From assembly GCA_964429215.1 (NCBI GenBank), contig CAYSAY010000006.1, positions 1 through 55,444 on the forward strand: a DNA stretch of 55,444 nt. The letters run 5' to 3'. This DNA comes from an uncultured Gammaproteobacteria bacterium (GTDB lineage Bacteria; Patescibacteriota; Microgenomatia; UBA8517). The notes under the pieces were generated by a model. It was not told where the DNA came from, did no database searches, and worked only from the letters and a program-made list of their open reading frames with translations. The position numbers were made by a program, and so were the translations under genes. Shown piece by piece: positions 19,712 to 29,139 of the stretch (the first letter of the stretch is position 1; every line of letters starts with the position of its first letter).

Positions 19712-20948
19712 TATTTTTGTCATAGCTCTGTTTGTCAGATTTTACAATTTTGAGAATAGGATAACTTTTGGTCCTGAGCAAGCTAGAAGTTTGATGGTTT
19801 CTGCAAATTATATCCAAGATAAACCTTCTTTATTGGGCCAAGAGTATTTTAGGGCAAATTCAATGGGGCATAAATTATTTACTAGTGCATTGTTTAATTA
19901 TTCTCTTGTGCCACTATTATTAGTAACTGATTATGAACCTTATTTAATTACTATCTACTTTGTTTTATTAAATGTTTTTATAGGTATTGTTTTCTACTGG
20001 GTATGTAAAAAAATATATAGTAAAAAAGTAGCTATTATTTCACTTATTTTGTTTTTGTTTAATTCTTACATGGTTTACCATTCTCTGTTTATCTGGGTGC
20101 TAAATTATTTACCACTACTTGGAATAATAAGTATTTATTTAGTTTGGAAAATAAATAAGCAAAGCTTGCCACTTCGTGGTAAAAGAAAATCGACATTGCT
20201 GGACATATTTTTACTTGGCGTAACTTCAGGTATAGGTTTTGGCCTTGAATATTTATATTTAATTGCGATTTTGATAATCTTGATTTTCCTTTTGAAATAT
20301 TCAAAAGATAAATTTAAAAGCATGGCCATATTTATTCTGGGTGGAGCTATTGGAGATTTTCCACAAGTTCTATTTGATGTAAGGCATGATTTTTATCATT
20401 TAACATCATTGTGGCAATATGCGCTAGACACATTTTCTGGTACTTCTGATGCTGGATTTACTTATTATCATTTTCTAATGTTTTGGCCTGTTGGAATATT
20501 ATTTTTATCTTTACTTGTAGCTACAATTTACAAACATAACAAAGTTGGTGCAGTTGTAATTATTATTTTATATATTTTACTTAACTTGAATTCAAATTTA
20601 ATTGATTTTAATAAACCTGTTGGGATGGAAGTGGGTTTAAATTATAAAGCTTTAAAAACTACTGCAAAAGAAATTGCTGATAATGTCGGAGATAAATTTA
20701 ATTTAGTGACCTTATATGATTTTGATACTCGTGCATATACATTAAGATATTTTGTCCAATATGTTTATGGCAAAAAGCCTTTAAATGATGTGGAATATAG
20801 AACTGCAAATGAAATATTTGCATTGGCAAAGTATGATTACGACTTTGAAAAAAATAATCCATGGGAATTAAATGTATTTAAGCCTTATAATATAGAAAAG
20901 ATAAGGCCAATTGGGCAAGGTTATTATTTATTTAAATTAACAAAATGA
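19686..20948 (+). CDS. GT-C fold membrane glycosyltransferase candidate (ArnT-like)
   Basis: 420 aa. N-terminal VRFYNFENRITFGPEQARS motif, many TM segments, soluble C-terminal domain. Confidence 0.55.
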   Translation: MKNYLLLFSIFVIALFVRFYNFENRITFGPEQARSLMVSANYIQDKPSLLGQEYFRANSMGHKLFTSALFNYSLVPLLLVTDYEPYLITIYFVLLNVFIGIVFYWVCKKIYSKKVAIISLILFLFNSYMVYHSLFIWVLNYLPLLGIISIYLVWKINKQSLPLRGKRKSTLLDIFLLGVTSGIGFGLEYLYLIAILIILIFLLKYSKDKFKSMAIFILGGAIGDFPQVLFDVRHDFYHLTSLWQYALDTFSGTSDAGFTYYHFLMFWPVGILFLSLLVATIYKHNKVGAVVIIILYILLNLNSNLIDFNKPVGMEVGLNYKALKTTAKEIADNVGDKFNLVTLYDFDTRAYTLRYFVQYVYGKKPLNDVEYRTANEIFALAKYDYDFEKNNPWELNVFKPYNIEKIRPIGQGYYLFKLTK

Positions 20949-21790
20949 TAAAAGTTTCAGTAATTATTCCTACATATAATGAAGAAAGCGTAATAATCGA
21001 ATGTTTAAGTTCGTTATCAAAACAAACTTATAAAGATTTTGAAGTAAGAGTTGTTGATGATGGAAGCAGTGACGGTACTGCGCTGAAGCTACGTACCACA
21101 GTTGATAAATTAATTTACAAGATAACAATTTTAGAACAGAAGCATAAAGGTCCTGGAGCAGGGAGAAATATGGGGGCAAAACAGGCAAAGGGTGACATTT
21201 TAGTGTTTGTTGATGCAGATATGACTTTTGACAAGCATTTTATAAAAAATTTAGTTAAACCTATCTTGTTAAAGAAATCAAAAGGGACTTTTTCTAAAGA
21301 TGAAATTGTGAGTAATTGGGATAAACCGTTGTCCCGTGCATACAATCTAAATGAAGGTTGGGAAAATAAAAAAAGGCACCCTAAGAATTACCCTGATACT
21401 CAAAAAGTTTTTCGCGCTATCTTAAAATCAGAATTTGATAAAGTTGGGGGATTTACTCCTGGAGGGTATAACGATGATTGGAGTTTGTCTGAAAAATTAG
21501 GTTATGATGCTACTCTTGCAGAGAAAGCTATCTTCTTCCATAAAAATCCTGATAACTTGAAGGAAATTTATAATCATGCAAAATGGGTGGGTAAAAGGCA
21601 GTATAAGCTAGGTATGCTTGGTTATTTAATAGGATTAGTTAGAAGTTCCCTGCCTATTTCTTTAGTTGTTGGGTTAACAAAAGCATTTATTTATGGCCAG
21701 CCTGCATTTTTGATTTTCAAGATTGTATATGACTTTGGTGTGTTTGTAGGAATTCTTAATTTTGTATTTACTAAAAAAGGATCAAAATGA
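20945..21790 (+). CDS. GT-A family 2 glycosyltransferase with a C-terminal membrane anchor (polyprenyl-phosphate sugar synthase-like; DPM1/ArnC/GtrB type)
   Basis: VSVIIPTYNEE, VVDDGSSDGT, VFVDADM (DxD). Two C-terminal hydrophobic helices (LGYLIGLVRSSLPISLVVGL...FLIFKIVYDFGVFVGILNFVF). Confidence 0.8.
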   Translation: MIKVSVIIPTYNEESVIIECLSSLSKQTYKDFEVRVVDDGSSDGTALKLRTTVDKLIYKITILEQKHKGPGAGRNMGAKQAKGDILVFVDADMTFDKHFIKNLVKPILLKKSKGTFSKDEIVSNWDKPLSRAYNLNEGWENKKRHPKNYPDTQKVFRAILKSEFDKVGGFTPGGYNDDWSLSEKLGYDATLAEKAIFFHKNPDNLKEIYNHAKWVGKRQYKLGMLGYLIGLVRSSLPISLVVGLTKAFIYGQPAFLIFKIVYDFGVFVGILNFVFTKKGSK

Positions 21791-23079
21791 TTTACATTGT
21801 ATTGCTCTTGGGTCTTCTTGTTCGATTAATTTCCCTTAATCAGTCACTTTGGTTAGATGAGGCGACTACTGCACTTGTTTCTAAAATGCCGATTGTAGAT
21901 TTTTTTACAAAGTTTATGCCTGCTGATTTTCATCCACCACTTTACTACTTGGTCATTAGCTATTGGTCGTTAGTCGTTGGCCACACGGAGATTGCATTGC
22001 GTATACCATCCGTGATATTTGGGGTACTAACAGTTTATGTAGTTTACTTAGTTGCAAAAGAAATTAAATTTAAAAAACCACTTTATCCTGCATTAATGCT
22101 TGCTACATCAGGGCTTCATATTTATTATTCACAGGAAGCAAGAATGTATGGGATGGTTACTTGGTTGGTTAGTTGTTTGGTACTTAGTTATTTAAGACGG
22201 AAGTGGGTAATGTTTTCTATTCTACTTTGTTTAATATTTTTAACTGATTACTTATCAATTTTAATTGTTCCTGCGTTACTCGTGTATGTTTTAATTTACG
22301 ATAGACAAAGTGTCAAAAGATTTTTGTATTCATTAGCTCCATTGTTTGTCACGTTTGTTGTTTGGTTGCCTACTTTTGCAAATCAAATAGGCCAAGGACT
22401 TGCCGTAAAATCATCACAATCAGAATGGTGGAATATTTTAGGCCCTGTTACGTTCAAAAATATTGCGTTAATTCCAGCTAAATTCATTATTGGAAGAGTT
22501 AGTTTGGATGATAAATCTTTATATGCTGTATTGATTGCAGTTTTAGTAGCTATTTTTGGTTATTCAATTATGAAAGCAAAAAACAAATTATTATGGTCCT
22601 GGTTTGGAGTGTCAATATTACTTGGAATTGCAGTTTCATTTTATGTACCTACTTTGACCTATTTTAGGTACTTATTTGTTTTACCTGCTTTCTATTTACT
22701 TATATCTGAAAATATTAGTAAAAAATTATTTTATTCAGTATTGATTATTAATATCGTTACAAGTGGAGCTTATTTATTTTTGCCTAAATTTCATAGAGAG
22801 AACTGGAGAAGTGCGGCAAATATAATAGGGAGCGAAAGAATAGTTTTTCCTGTCAATTCACAAAAAGAAGGACTTACTTACTACGGTAAGGCTAGTCAAA
22901 TAATTTCAAAGGAGCAATTAACTAAAGAAGATAATAAAATTTGGTTATCTAGGTATGTTTGGGATATATTTGATCCAACTGACTTAACACGTAAATATAT
23001 AGAGGATTTAGGTTATAATAAAGTTACAGAAGTAAACCTAAATGGTGTAATTCTATATAAATATGAGAATCGCAATTGA
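21787..23079 (+). CDS. GT-C fold membrane glycosyltransferase (PMT_2/ArnT-like)
   Basis: 430 aa. The motif LNQSLWLDEATTAL directly after TM1 is a classic ArnT/PMT_2 first-loop signature. About 10 TM segments plus a soluble C-terminus. Confidence 0.7.
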   Translation: MIYIVLLLGLLVRLISLNQSLWLDEATTALVSKMPIVDFFTKFMPADFHPPLYYLVISYWSLVVGHTEIALRIPSVIFGVLTVYVVYLVAKEIKFKKPLYPALMLATSGLHIYYSQEARMYGMVTWLVSCLVLSYLRRKWVMFSILLCLIFLTDYLSILIVPALLVYVLIYDRQSVKRFLYSLAPLFVTFVVWLPTFANQIGQGLAVKSSQSEWWNILGPVTFKNIALIPAKFIIGRVSLDDKSLYAVLIAVLVAIFGYSIMKAKNKLLWSWFGVSILLGIAVSFYVPTLTYFRYLFVLPAFYLLISENISKKLFYSVLIINIVTSGAYLFLPKFHRENWRSAANIIGSERIVFPVNSQKEGLTYYGKASQIISKEQLTKEDNKIWLSRYVWDIFDPTDLTRKYIEDLGYNKVTEVNLNGVILYKYENRN

Positions 23080-24148
23080 TCTATCACCAATTATTTATGG
23101 AACAGGTGTGTCACATTATCGTTTGAATCTTGTATCTAATTTACTAAATATTGATTCAAAAGATGAATATGTATTATTTGGTGGCTCTTTGAGGAGACTT
23201 AAAGAATTAAAAACTAAAATCAATAAACTTGCAGAAGGTCATAATGCTGTTACAAAGACTTTTCCTATACCTCCAAGATTTGCAAACATTATTTGGAATA
23301 AGCTACATGTTCTTCCAATTGAGAGATTGATTGGTAATTTTGATTTATTGCATACCTCTGACTGGGCAGAACCACCTTCAAGATTCACTAAAGTAACCAC
23401 AATTCATGATTTAGTACCTTTAGTGCTTCCTAAATTTACTCCTCGAATTATTGTAGATACACATAAGGAAAGATTGAATTGGGTAGCCAAGGAATCAAAA
23501 TTAATAATTGTTCCATCCATTGCTACTAAAAATGATTTAATAGAATTAGGGTTTGAGAAGGAGAGAATTAGAGTGGTTTATGAAGCCCCAAATTTTAATA
23601 AGGCAACTAGTACTGAAGTGGAAAGGGTTATGAAAAAATATGGAATACGAGAAGATTATATTCTTTCAATTGGTGTCAATCCTAGAAAGAATATAAATAG
23701 ATCCATTGAGGCCTTTAATTTAGCTAAAAGTGGAAGGAATATAAAGTATATTGTTGCAGGTGAAAAAAGATCATCTGACCATGATTATCAAAGAGGGGTT
23801 AGGTTTTTAGGTCATGTTGACGGAATGGATATGGCAGGTTTAATTACTGGAGCTAAAGCTTTATTATATGCATCATTATATGAAGGATTTGGAATTCCAA
23901 TTATTGATGCCTTTAATTGTGAAGTTCCTGTAATAACATCAAATATTTCTAGTATGCCAGAAGCAGCAGGAGGTGCCGCAGTTCTTGTTGATCCATTCAA
24001 AGTAAACTCCATTGCAAGTGGAATTGAAGATGCTTTAACAAAACCTAAAACTTTGATTGCTAAAGGATTGAAACAAGCCGAAAAGTATTCTTGGAAAAAG
24101 AATGCTGAAGAAACATTAAAAGTCTACAAGGAGGCAATTGAAAAATAA
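23063..24148 (+). CDS. GT-B fold glycosyltransferase (family 4)
   Basis: 361 aa. YILSIGVNPRKN...ASLYEGFGIPIIDAFNCEVPVITSNISSMPEAAGGAAVLVDP. Confidence 0.85.
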   Translation: MRIAIDLSPIIYGTGVSHYRLNLVSNLLNIDSKDEYVLFGGSLRRLKELKTKINKLAEGHNAVTKTFPIPPRFANIIWNKLHVLPIERLIGNFDLLHTSDWAEPPSRFTKVTTIHDLVPLVLPKFTPRIIVDTHKERLNWVAKESKLIIVPSIATKNDLIELGFEKERIRVVYEAPNFNKATSTEVERVMKKYGIREDYILSIGVNPRKNINRSIEAFNLAKSGRNIKYIVAGEKRSSDHDYQRGVRFLGHVDGMDMAGLITGAKALLYASLYEGFGIPIIDAFNCEVPVITSNISSMPEAAGGAAVLVDPFKVNSIASGIEDALTKPKTLIAKGLKQAEKYSWKKNAEETLKVYKEAIEK

Positions 24149-25301
24149 TATATCAATTGCATATATTTTAACTTTTGCCAAACATACATGGTTCTGGCTG
24201 GGTATTTGGATATTTTACTATTTAAGATTTACAAACTATGCTGGAATTGGATTAATAGAAACAGTTTTAATAGTTACGATGACATTGACTGAAATTCCTA
24301 CTGGAGCTGTGGCAGACCTTCTAGGTAAAAGAAAAACTCTTATTCTTGCATTTTTACTTGAAGCAATTGGTGCATTTATTTTTGCTTATTCACCAAATTT
24401 CAATATTATTTTAATATCTGTTTTTATAATGTGTGTTGGTGGAACTTTTTATTCCGGCACTCTCGATGCGTTAGTTTTTGATTCGCTTAAATCGGTAGGC
24501 AAGGAGTCAAAATTTGATAAAGTGATTTCGAATATTAGTTCGATTTCACTTATAACTCCTGCGTTGTGTGGTCTTATAGGTGGATATTTGTATGTAATAG
24601 GATTCAGAATACCTTTTATACTAAATGCTATTGGTTATACCCTTGGTATGATAGCTGCGTTTTTTTTAGTTGAACCTAAAATTGATACAGTTAAGTTTTC
24701 ATTAACTGGATATTTTGATCAGATGAAAAATGGAATAAAACAACTATTTAAAGATCGCACTATAATTAAAAATACTTTATTATTATTGTCGATAGGAACA
24801 ATATTGATAATTTCGGGGGAAATGTTGGATAGTTTTTTGAGTTTTGAATTTGGGTTTAATAATATCCAAATGGGGTATTTATGGTCGGGATTGTTTGTAA
24901 TTTCTGCTATATCTTCACAATTTACTTCTTTTATTAAGAAAACTTTTGGTGTTCATAACTCAATAATTTATATTGGAATTATTGTTTGTATAACATTTCT
25001 ACTAGCACCTTTTTTGGGTATTATATTAGGCGGAACAATATTGTTCTTGAGAAGAAGTGTACAAAGTATTTTATCTAATTTAACTTCAGAAGAAATCAAT
25101 ATAAATACAGAATCAAAATACAGAGCAACTACCATATCAACTTTTAATATGTTGAACAATATTCCATATGTATTTCTCGCCTTTTTTATCGGAAGTATTT
25201 CAGATATTATTTCTGCAAAAACAGTTTCGCTTTACCTTGGAGTAATATTAATTATCCTTTTAGGAATTATCCTGTTTAGGCGAAGGAGAGATTCTTTTTA
25301 A
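24138..25301 (+). CDS. MFS-type transporter (TTG start in the ORF track; start uncertain)
   Basis: 387 aa with about 12 TM segments. MFS motif-A-like GAVADLLGKRKTLIL between TM2 and TM3. Confidence 0.65.
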   Translation: MKNNISIAYILTFAKHTWFWLGIWIFYYLRFTNYAGIGLIETVLIVTMTLTEIPTGAVADLLGKRKTLILAFLLEAIGAFIFAYSPNFNIILISVFIMCVGGTFYSGTLDALVFDSLKSVGKESKFDKVISNISSISLITPALCGLIGGYLYVIGFRIPFILNAIGYTLGMIAAFFLVEPKIDTVKFSLTGYFDQMKNGIKQLFKDRTIIKNTLLLLSIGTILIISGEMLDSFLSFEFGFNNIQMGYLWSGLFVISAISSQFTSFIKKTFGVHNSIIYIGIIVCITFLLAPFLGIILGGTILFLRRSVQSILSNLTSEEININTESKYRATTISTFNMLNNIPYVFLAFFIGSISDIISAKTVSLYLGVILIILLGIILFRRRRDSF

Positions 25302-25527
25302 GTTTTTCAATATCCTGACCATGTTTATCAGATCTTAATTGATTAGCATCAACTTTTCTTTCAATAGAATCTAATTGTGTTTGTATATCTTGAATATCTT
25401 CTTTAATTGATGATTCTAGTTTTTTGAGATCGTCTTTGGAAGCTAGTTTTTCTATTGCCGGTAAGATGACTTCTTCAATACCTTGATTGAATAAATCTAT
25501 AATTTCCTTTTTATCTTGGTCAGTCAT
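25276..25527 (-). CDS. small charged coiled-coil protein, function unknown
   Basis: 83 aa, heptad-like charged sequence (LESSIKEDIQDIQTQLDSIERKV). Fills what would otherwise be the largest non-coding gap in the locus. Overlaps the MFS 3' end by 26 nt. Confidence 0.4.
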   Translation of the reverse strand: MTDQDKKEIIDLFNQGIEEVILPAIEKLASKDDLKKLESSIKEDIQDIQTQLDSIERKVDANQLRSDKHGQDIEKLKKNLSFA

Positions 25528-25580
25528 AATCTCATGATAATACTGACTTAATATCTAGTCAATGATACAATCTAGATAGA

Positions 25581-26759
25581 ATGATTATAAGCAAAGCTTG
25601 TGACAAGAAACTTGTCATCGGAATAGATGGGAATGAGGCAAATGTAAAAAATAGAGTAGGGGTAAATAAATATGCCTTTGAAATGCTCTGGGGTTTACAA
25701 AAGTTGAATGAAAAGAAGCCAATTCCTAGCAGTCTCATAGTTTATCTTAAAAATGAGCCACTTTCTGATTTGCCAAAAGAAACAAAAAATTTTAAGTACA
25801 AAGTGTTAATTGGTGGAGGACTTTGGATACTTACAAAACTTACTCCATATCTCCTCCGTAATCCGGAGAAGATAGAAATTTTATTTTCACCAAGTCACTA
25901 TGTACCACCCATATTGACAATTCCTCGAGTATGTTCAATAATGGATCTAGGTTATCTCGAATTTTCGGGACAATTTGAAAAAAAGGTGCTTTGGCAGTTG
26001 AAGTACTGGACTGCTATTTCGGTTTTTGCCTCAAAACAGATACTAACTATATCAGAAGCATCTAAAAAAGACATTGTACGACATTATCCTTTTGCCTCAA
26101 ATAAAGTTACTGCTACGCACTTAGGATACGATGACGACAAGTTTAAAACTGATATCTCTGAAAAACTTGTACGACAAGTAAAAAATAAGTACTCTATAGT
26201 TAACGAGTATATATTGTTTGTAAGCACTCTGAAACCCTCTAAAAATGTAGAAGGTCTGATTAGGGCATACAAGGTGTTAAGTAGTGATAACACTATTCTT
26301 GATTTACCACAGCTTGTCATAGCAGGTAAAAATGGATGGATGTATGAAAGTATCACAAAACTTATTAAGGATTTAGAATTAGAAGATAAAGTTATTTTAC
26401 CTGGATTTATTGAAGATGATGAAAAGGGTCCATTAATGTCAGGAGCTAAAGTTTTTGTAATGCCATCATTTTGGGAGGGGTTTGGACTAGATGCACTTTC
26501 TGCTTTTGCTACTGGAATACCTGTTGTAATTTCTAATGCTGGATCTTTTCCAGAAGTTGGAGGAGATGCTGCAGTTTATGTAGATCCAAATAAAGTTGAA
26601 AGTATTGCCGAAGGAATTAAAAAAGTTTTAAATATGAAGGGATTAGAATATAATAGTAGAAGGGAGTTAGGTTTTAAACAAATTAAGAAATTTAGTTGGG
26701 AAGTGTGTGCTATTAAAACGTTAGAAGCAATTGAAAATGTTACAAGACAAAAACGGTAA
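25581..26759 (+). CDS. GT-B fold glycosyltransferase (family 4)
   Basis: 392 aa. YILFVSTLKPSKN...PSFWEGFGLDALSAFATGIPVVISNAGSFPEVGGDAAVYVDP. Confidence 0.85.
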   Translation: MIISKACDKKLVIGIDGNEANVKNRVGVNKYAFEMLWGLQKLNEKKPIPSSLIVYLKNEPLSDLPKETKNFKYKVLIGGGLWILTKLTPYLLRNPEKIEILFSPSHYVPPILTIPRVCSIMDLGYLEFSGQFEKKVLWQLKYWTAISVFASKQILTISEASKKDIVRHYPFASNKVTATHLGYDDDKFKTDISEKLVRQVKNKYSIVNEYILFVSTLKPSKNVEGLIRAYKVLSSDNTILDLPQLVIAGKNGWMYESITKLIKDLELEDKVILPGFIEDDEKGPLMSGAKVFVMPSFWEGFGLDALSAFATGIPVVISNAGSFPEVGGDAAVYVDPNKVESIAEGIKKVLNMKGLEYNSRRELGFKQIKKFSWEVCAIKTLEAIENVTRQKR

Positions 26760-27333
26760 AAAATTAACAATGGGAGAGGCTTTGCCTAAAATAGTTACTA
26801 GGTTGTCTAATTACTTTCTTGATTTTGAATTAATGTTACTTCGTTGGGTCGGTCATATTCCTTCACATGGTTTACGTAATATGAAATATAGGTTTTTTGG
26901 AATTAAATTAGGAAAGGGTTCTACTTTTCATATGTGGGCTAATTTTTTCAATCCAAAGAATATTGAGATAGGTGAAGATACTATTATTGGTGATCATGCA
27001 TTTTTGGATGGAAGAGATAAGTTAACTATTGGAAGTCATACTGATATTGCATCCGCTGTTATGATTTATAATTCAGAACATGATCTTTCAAAGGATGACT
27101 TTTCTGCAATAGTTGCACCAGTTGAGATTGGAGATTATGTTTTTATAGGTCCAAGAGTAACTATTATGCCAGGAGTTAAAGTTGGAAAGGGGGCAGTTGT
27201 TGCTGGAGGTGCAGTAGTAACTAAAGATGTGGAACCTTTTACCATAGTTGGTGGAGTTCCTGCAAAATTAATAGGTGAAAGGAAGAATAAAAATCCAAAT
27301 TACAAGCTTGGGAGGGCAAGACTTTTTCAATGA
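26731..27333 (+). CDS. hexapeptide-repeat (left-handed beta-helix) acetyltransferase, WbbJ/WcaF/maltose O-acetyltransferase-like
   Basis: IEIGEDTIIGDHAFL...IGSHTDIAS...IGDYVFIGPRVTIMPGVKVGKGAVVAGGAVVTKDV..VGGVPAK. The true start may be the internal ATG at 26770. Confidence 0.8.
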   Translation: MKMLQDKNGKKLTMGEALPKIVTRLSNYFLDFELMLLRWVGHIPSHGLRNMKYRFFGIKLGKGSTFHMWANFFNPKNIEIGEDTIIGDHAFLDGRDKLTIGSHTDIASAVMIYNSEHDLSKDDFSAIVAPVEIGDYVFIGPRVTIMPGVKVGKGAVVAGGAVVTKDVEPFTIVGGVPAKLIGERKNKNPNYKLGRARLFQ

Positions 27334-27860
27334 GTAGAAACATTGGAGTAATATTTTTCCTATTGTCATTAGTTATGGCCTTTTATGTTTTGCCTAAAAG
27401 CCCAGAATTTCCTAAACCTCCAAATGATGCTGTTCAATCAAACGAACCTGCTGATATCGAAAGTACAGACAGAAGAGGTTACTATACAAATTTAAGCAGG
27501 GAGGAAATAATCAAGCATTATGAGAATGAATTTAACGTAGTTAATGGATTTGATATCTATACACCAAGACTGAATTATCCTCCAGAGGAAGCACCAGCTC
27601 TAATTAGAGATCAAACAAAAAGCACTTATTTGGAGGAAATTGTTCATCCTCTTCGTGAATCAATTTATATCAATGGCTTTGAACCTCAAACTAATGAGTA
27701 CGCTCAATATTTTGACGGTAAAAAATGGAATCAAAAAATTATTGTAAGATACGTTAGGGGCCCAATTTGGGTAAGAATATTTACAGTGTTTGGGGCCAGT
27801 ATGCTTGCCTATTTTTTAATTTTAGAAATCAAAAATGCAAAATATCTCAAAAAAATATAA
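27330..27860 (+). CDS. hypothetical bitopic membrane protein (TM at each end, exposed loop of about 110 aa)
   Basis: 176 aa. N-terminal IGVIFFLLSLVMAFYVL and C-terminal IFTVFGASMLAYFLILEI hydrophobic helices. Translationally coupled to neighbours on both sides. Confidence 0.45.
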   Translation: MSRNIGVIFFLLSLVMAFYVLPKSPEFPKPPNDAVQSNEPADIESTDRRGYYTNLSREEIIKHYENEFNVVNGFDIYTPRLNYPPEEAPALIRDQTKSTYLEEIVHPLRESIYINGFEPQTNEYAQYFDGKKWNQKIIVRYVRGPIWVRIFTVFGASMLAYFLILEIKNAKYLKKI

Positions 27861-29136
27861 TAATCTATTTAAATTTGTATTAACTGCAATTTTAATTTTT
27901 GTACCTTTGTTTCCTAAATTCCCTGCTTTTCGTATTCCTGGAATATATGTAGCTATACGACTTGAAGATTTTTTGATATTTGGAGCATTAGTTGTATTCT
28001 TGATTCCACTTTTGTCTAATATTAAGAACTTTTTGACTGATAAACTATCGAGATCAATTTTGTTATTTATCTTAGTAGGATTTATATCTTTAATTTCTGG
28101 TATCTACCTTACTCAGACTGTGGCTCCAACAATTGGATTTTTGCATTGGATCAGAAGGGTTGAATATCTTTCTCTATTTTTCATAGGTTATGTTTATATT
28201 AGTCATGAATCAAGACAATCGTTATTTGAGTATGTTGTTAAGGTTTTGTTATTAGTTAACTTTTTCATATTTTTGTATGGAATTGGTCAACATTACCTAA
28301 ATTTTCCTGTGATAATTACACAGAATGAGGAATACTCTAAAGGAATTGCACTACGTTGGATTCCTGGAGCTCATATAAATTCAACTTTTGGTGGTCATTA
28401 CGATCTTGCTTCTTACCTTGTGTTAACTATACCAATTTTTGTAACAGCATTTTTTGTATTCAAAAACAAACTTAGTAAGTTTATTTTGGCTTCATCAATC
28501 GCTTCAGGATTCTGGTTGTTGTCTGTTGCTGTATCAAGAATCTCAATTGTTGCATTCTTGATTGCCACAACTTTTTCATTGTTTTTAATGAAAAAGTATA
28601 AAGAACTTTTAGTGTTTGGGCTTATTAGTGTTATTGCTTTTGGTTTCTCTCCTGATTTAAGGGCAAGATATGGAAGAATATATGATGTGTTAAAGGAAAA
28701 GATAACATTTGTAACAGTAGCTTATGCACAGGAAAAAGAGGTTTTTGAAGATAGATCTTCTTCTATCAGATTTGTCGTTGAATGGCCGAGGGCGTTAAGA
28801 GCGTTTTATAAGAACCCAATACTCGGGACAGGATACTCATCAATATCTTTGGCAACTGATAATGATTACCTTAGGGCATTAGGTGAAACAGGTATTTTAG
28901 GTTTAATGGTATTTTTATTTGTTTTGTTTAATGTCTTTAAAAGTTTAATAAATTATAAGTTTACAGATAATTTAGAGTCTGCTTTTACTGCAAGTATATT
29001 GGGGTCATTTGTTGGTATACTTGTGACAGCTGTATTTATTGACATCTTTGAAGCGTCAAAATTTGCAACTATCTTTTGGTTGATTTTAGGGCTAACAATT
29101 GGTCAAATGAATAAAATAAATTTATCAACAAAATAA
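27835..29136 (+). CDS. O-antigen ligase/polymerase-like membrane protein (Wzy_C-type)
   Basis: 433 aa with about 10-12 TM segments. SRISIVAFLIA segment and PILGTGYSS...DNDYLRALGETGILGL, which matches the HNxYL..E.G..G signature region of Wzy_C proteins. Confidence 0.7.
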   Translation: MQNISKKYNNLFKFVLTAILIFVPLFPKFPAFRIPGIYVAIRLEDFLIFGALVVFLIPLLSNIKNFLTDKLSRSILLFILVGFISLISGIYLTQTVAPTIGFLHWIRRVEYLSLFFIGYVYISHESRQSLFEYVVKVLLLVNFFIFLYGIGQHYLNFPVIITQNEEYSKGIALRWIPGAHINSTFGGHYDLASYLVLTIPIFVTAFFVFKNKLSKFILASSIASGFWLLSVAVSRISIVAFLIATTFSLFLMKKYKELLVFGLISVIAFGFSPDLRARYGRIYDVLKEKITFVTVAYAQEKEVFEDRSSSIRFVVEWPRALRAFYKNPILGTGYSSISLATDNDYLRALGETGILGLMVFLFVLFNVFKSLINYKFTDNLESAFTASILGSFVGILVTAVFIDIFEASKFATIFWLILGLTIGQMNKINLSTK

Positions 29137-29139
29137 TAT

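Noticed and set aside
26731-27333. The hexapeptide acetyltransferase might be the detached C-terminal (GlcN-1-P acetyltransferase) domain missing from the MurE::GlmU fusion.
   Set aside because: Its sequence pattern (short LbH followed by the VGGVPAK..G.R tail, about 200 aa) matches WbbJ/WcaF/maltose O-acetyltransferase-type enzymes rather than the GlmU C-terminal domain. It also sits 20 kb away, inside the glycan operon.
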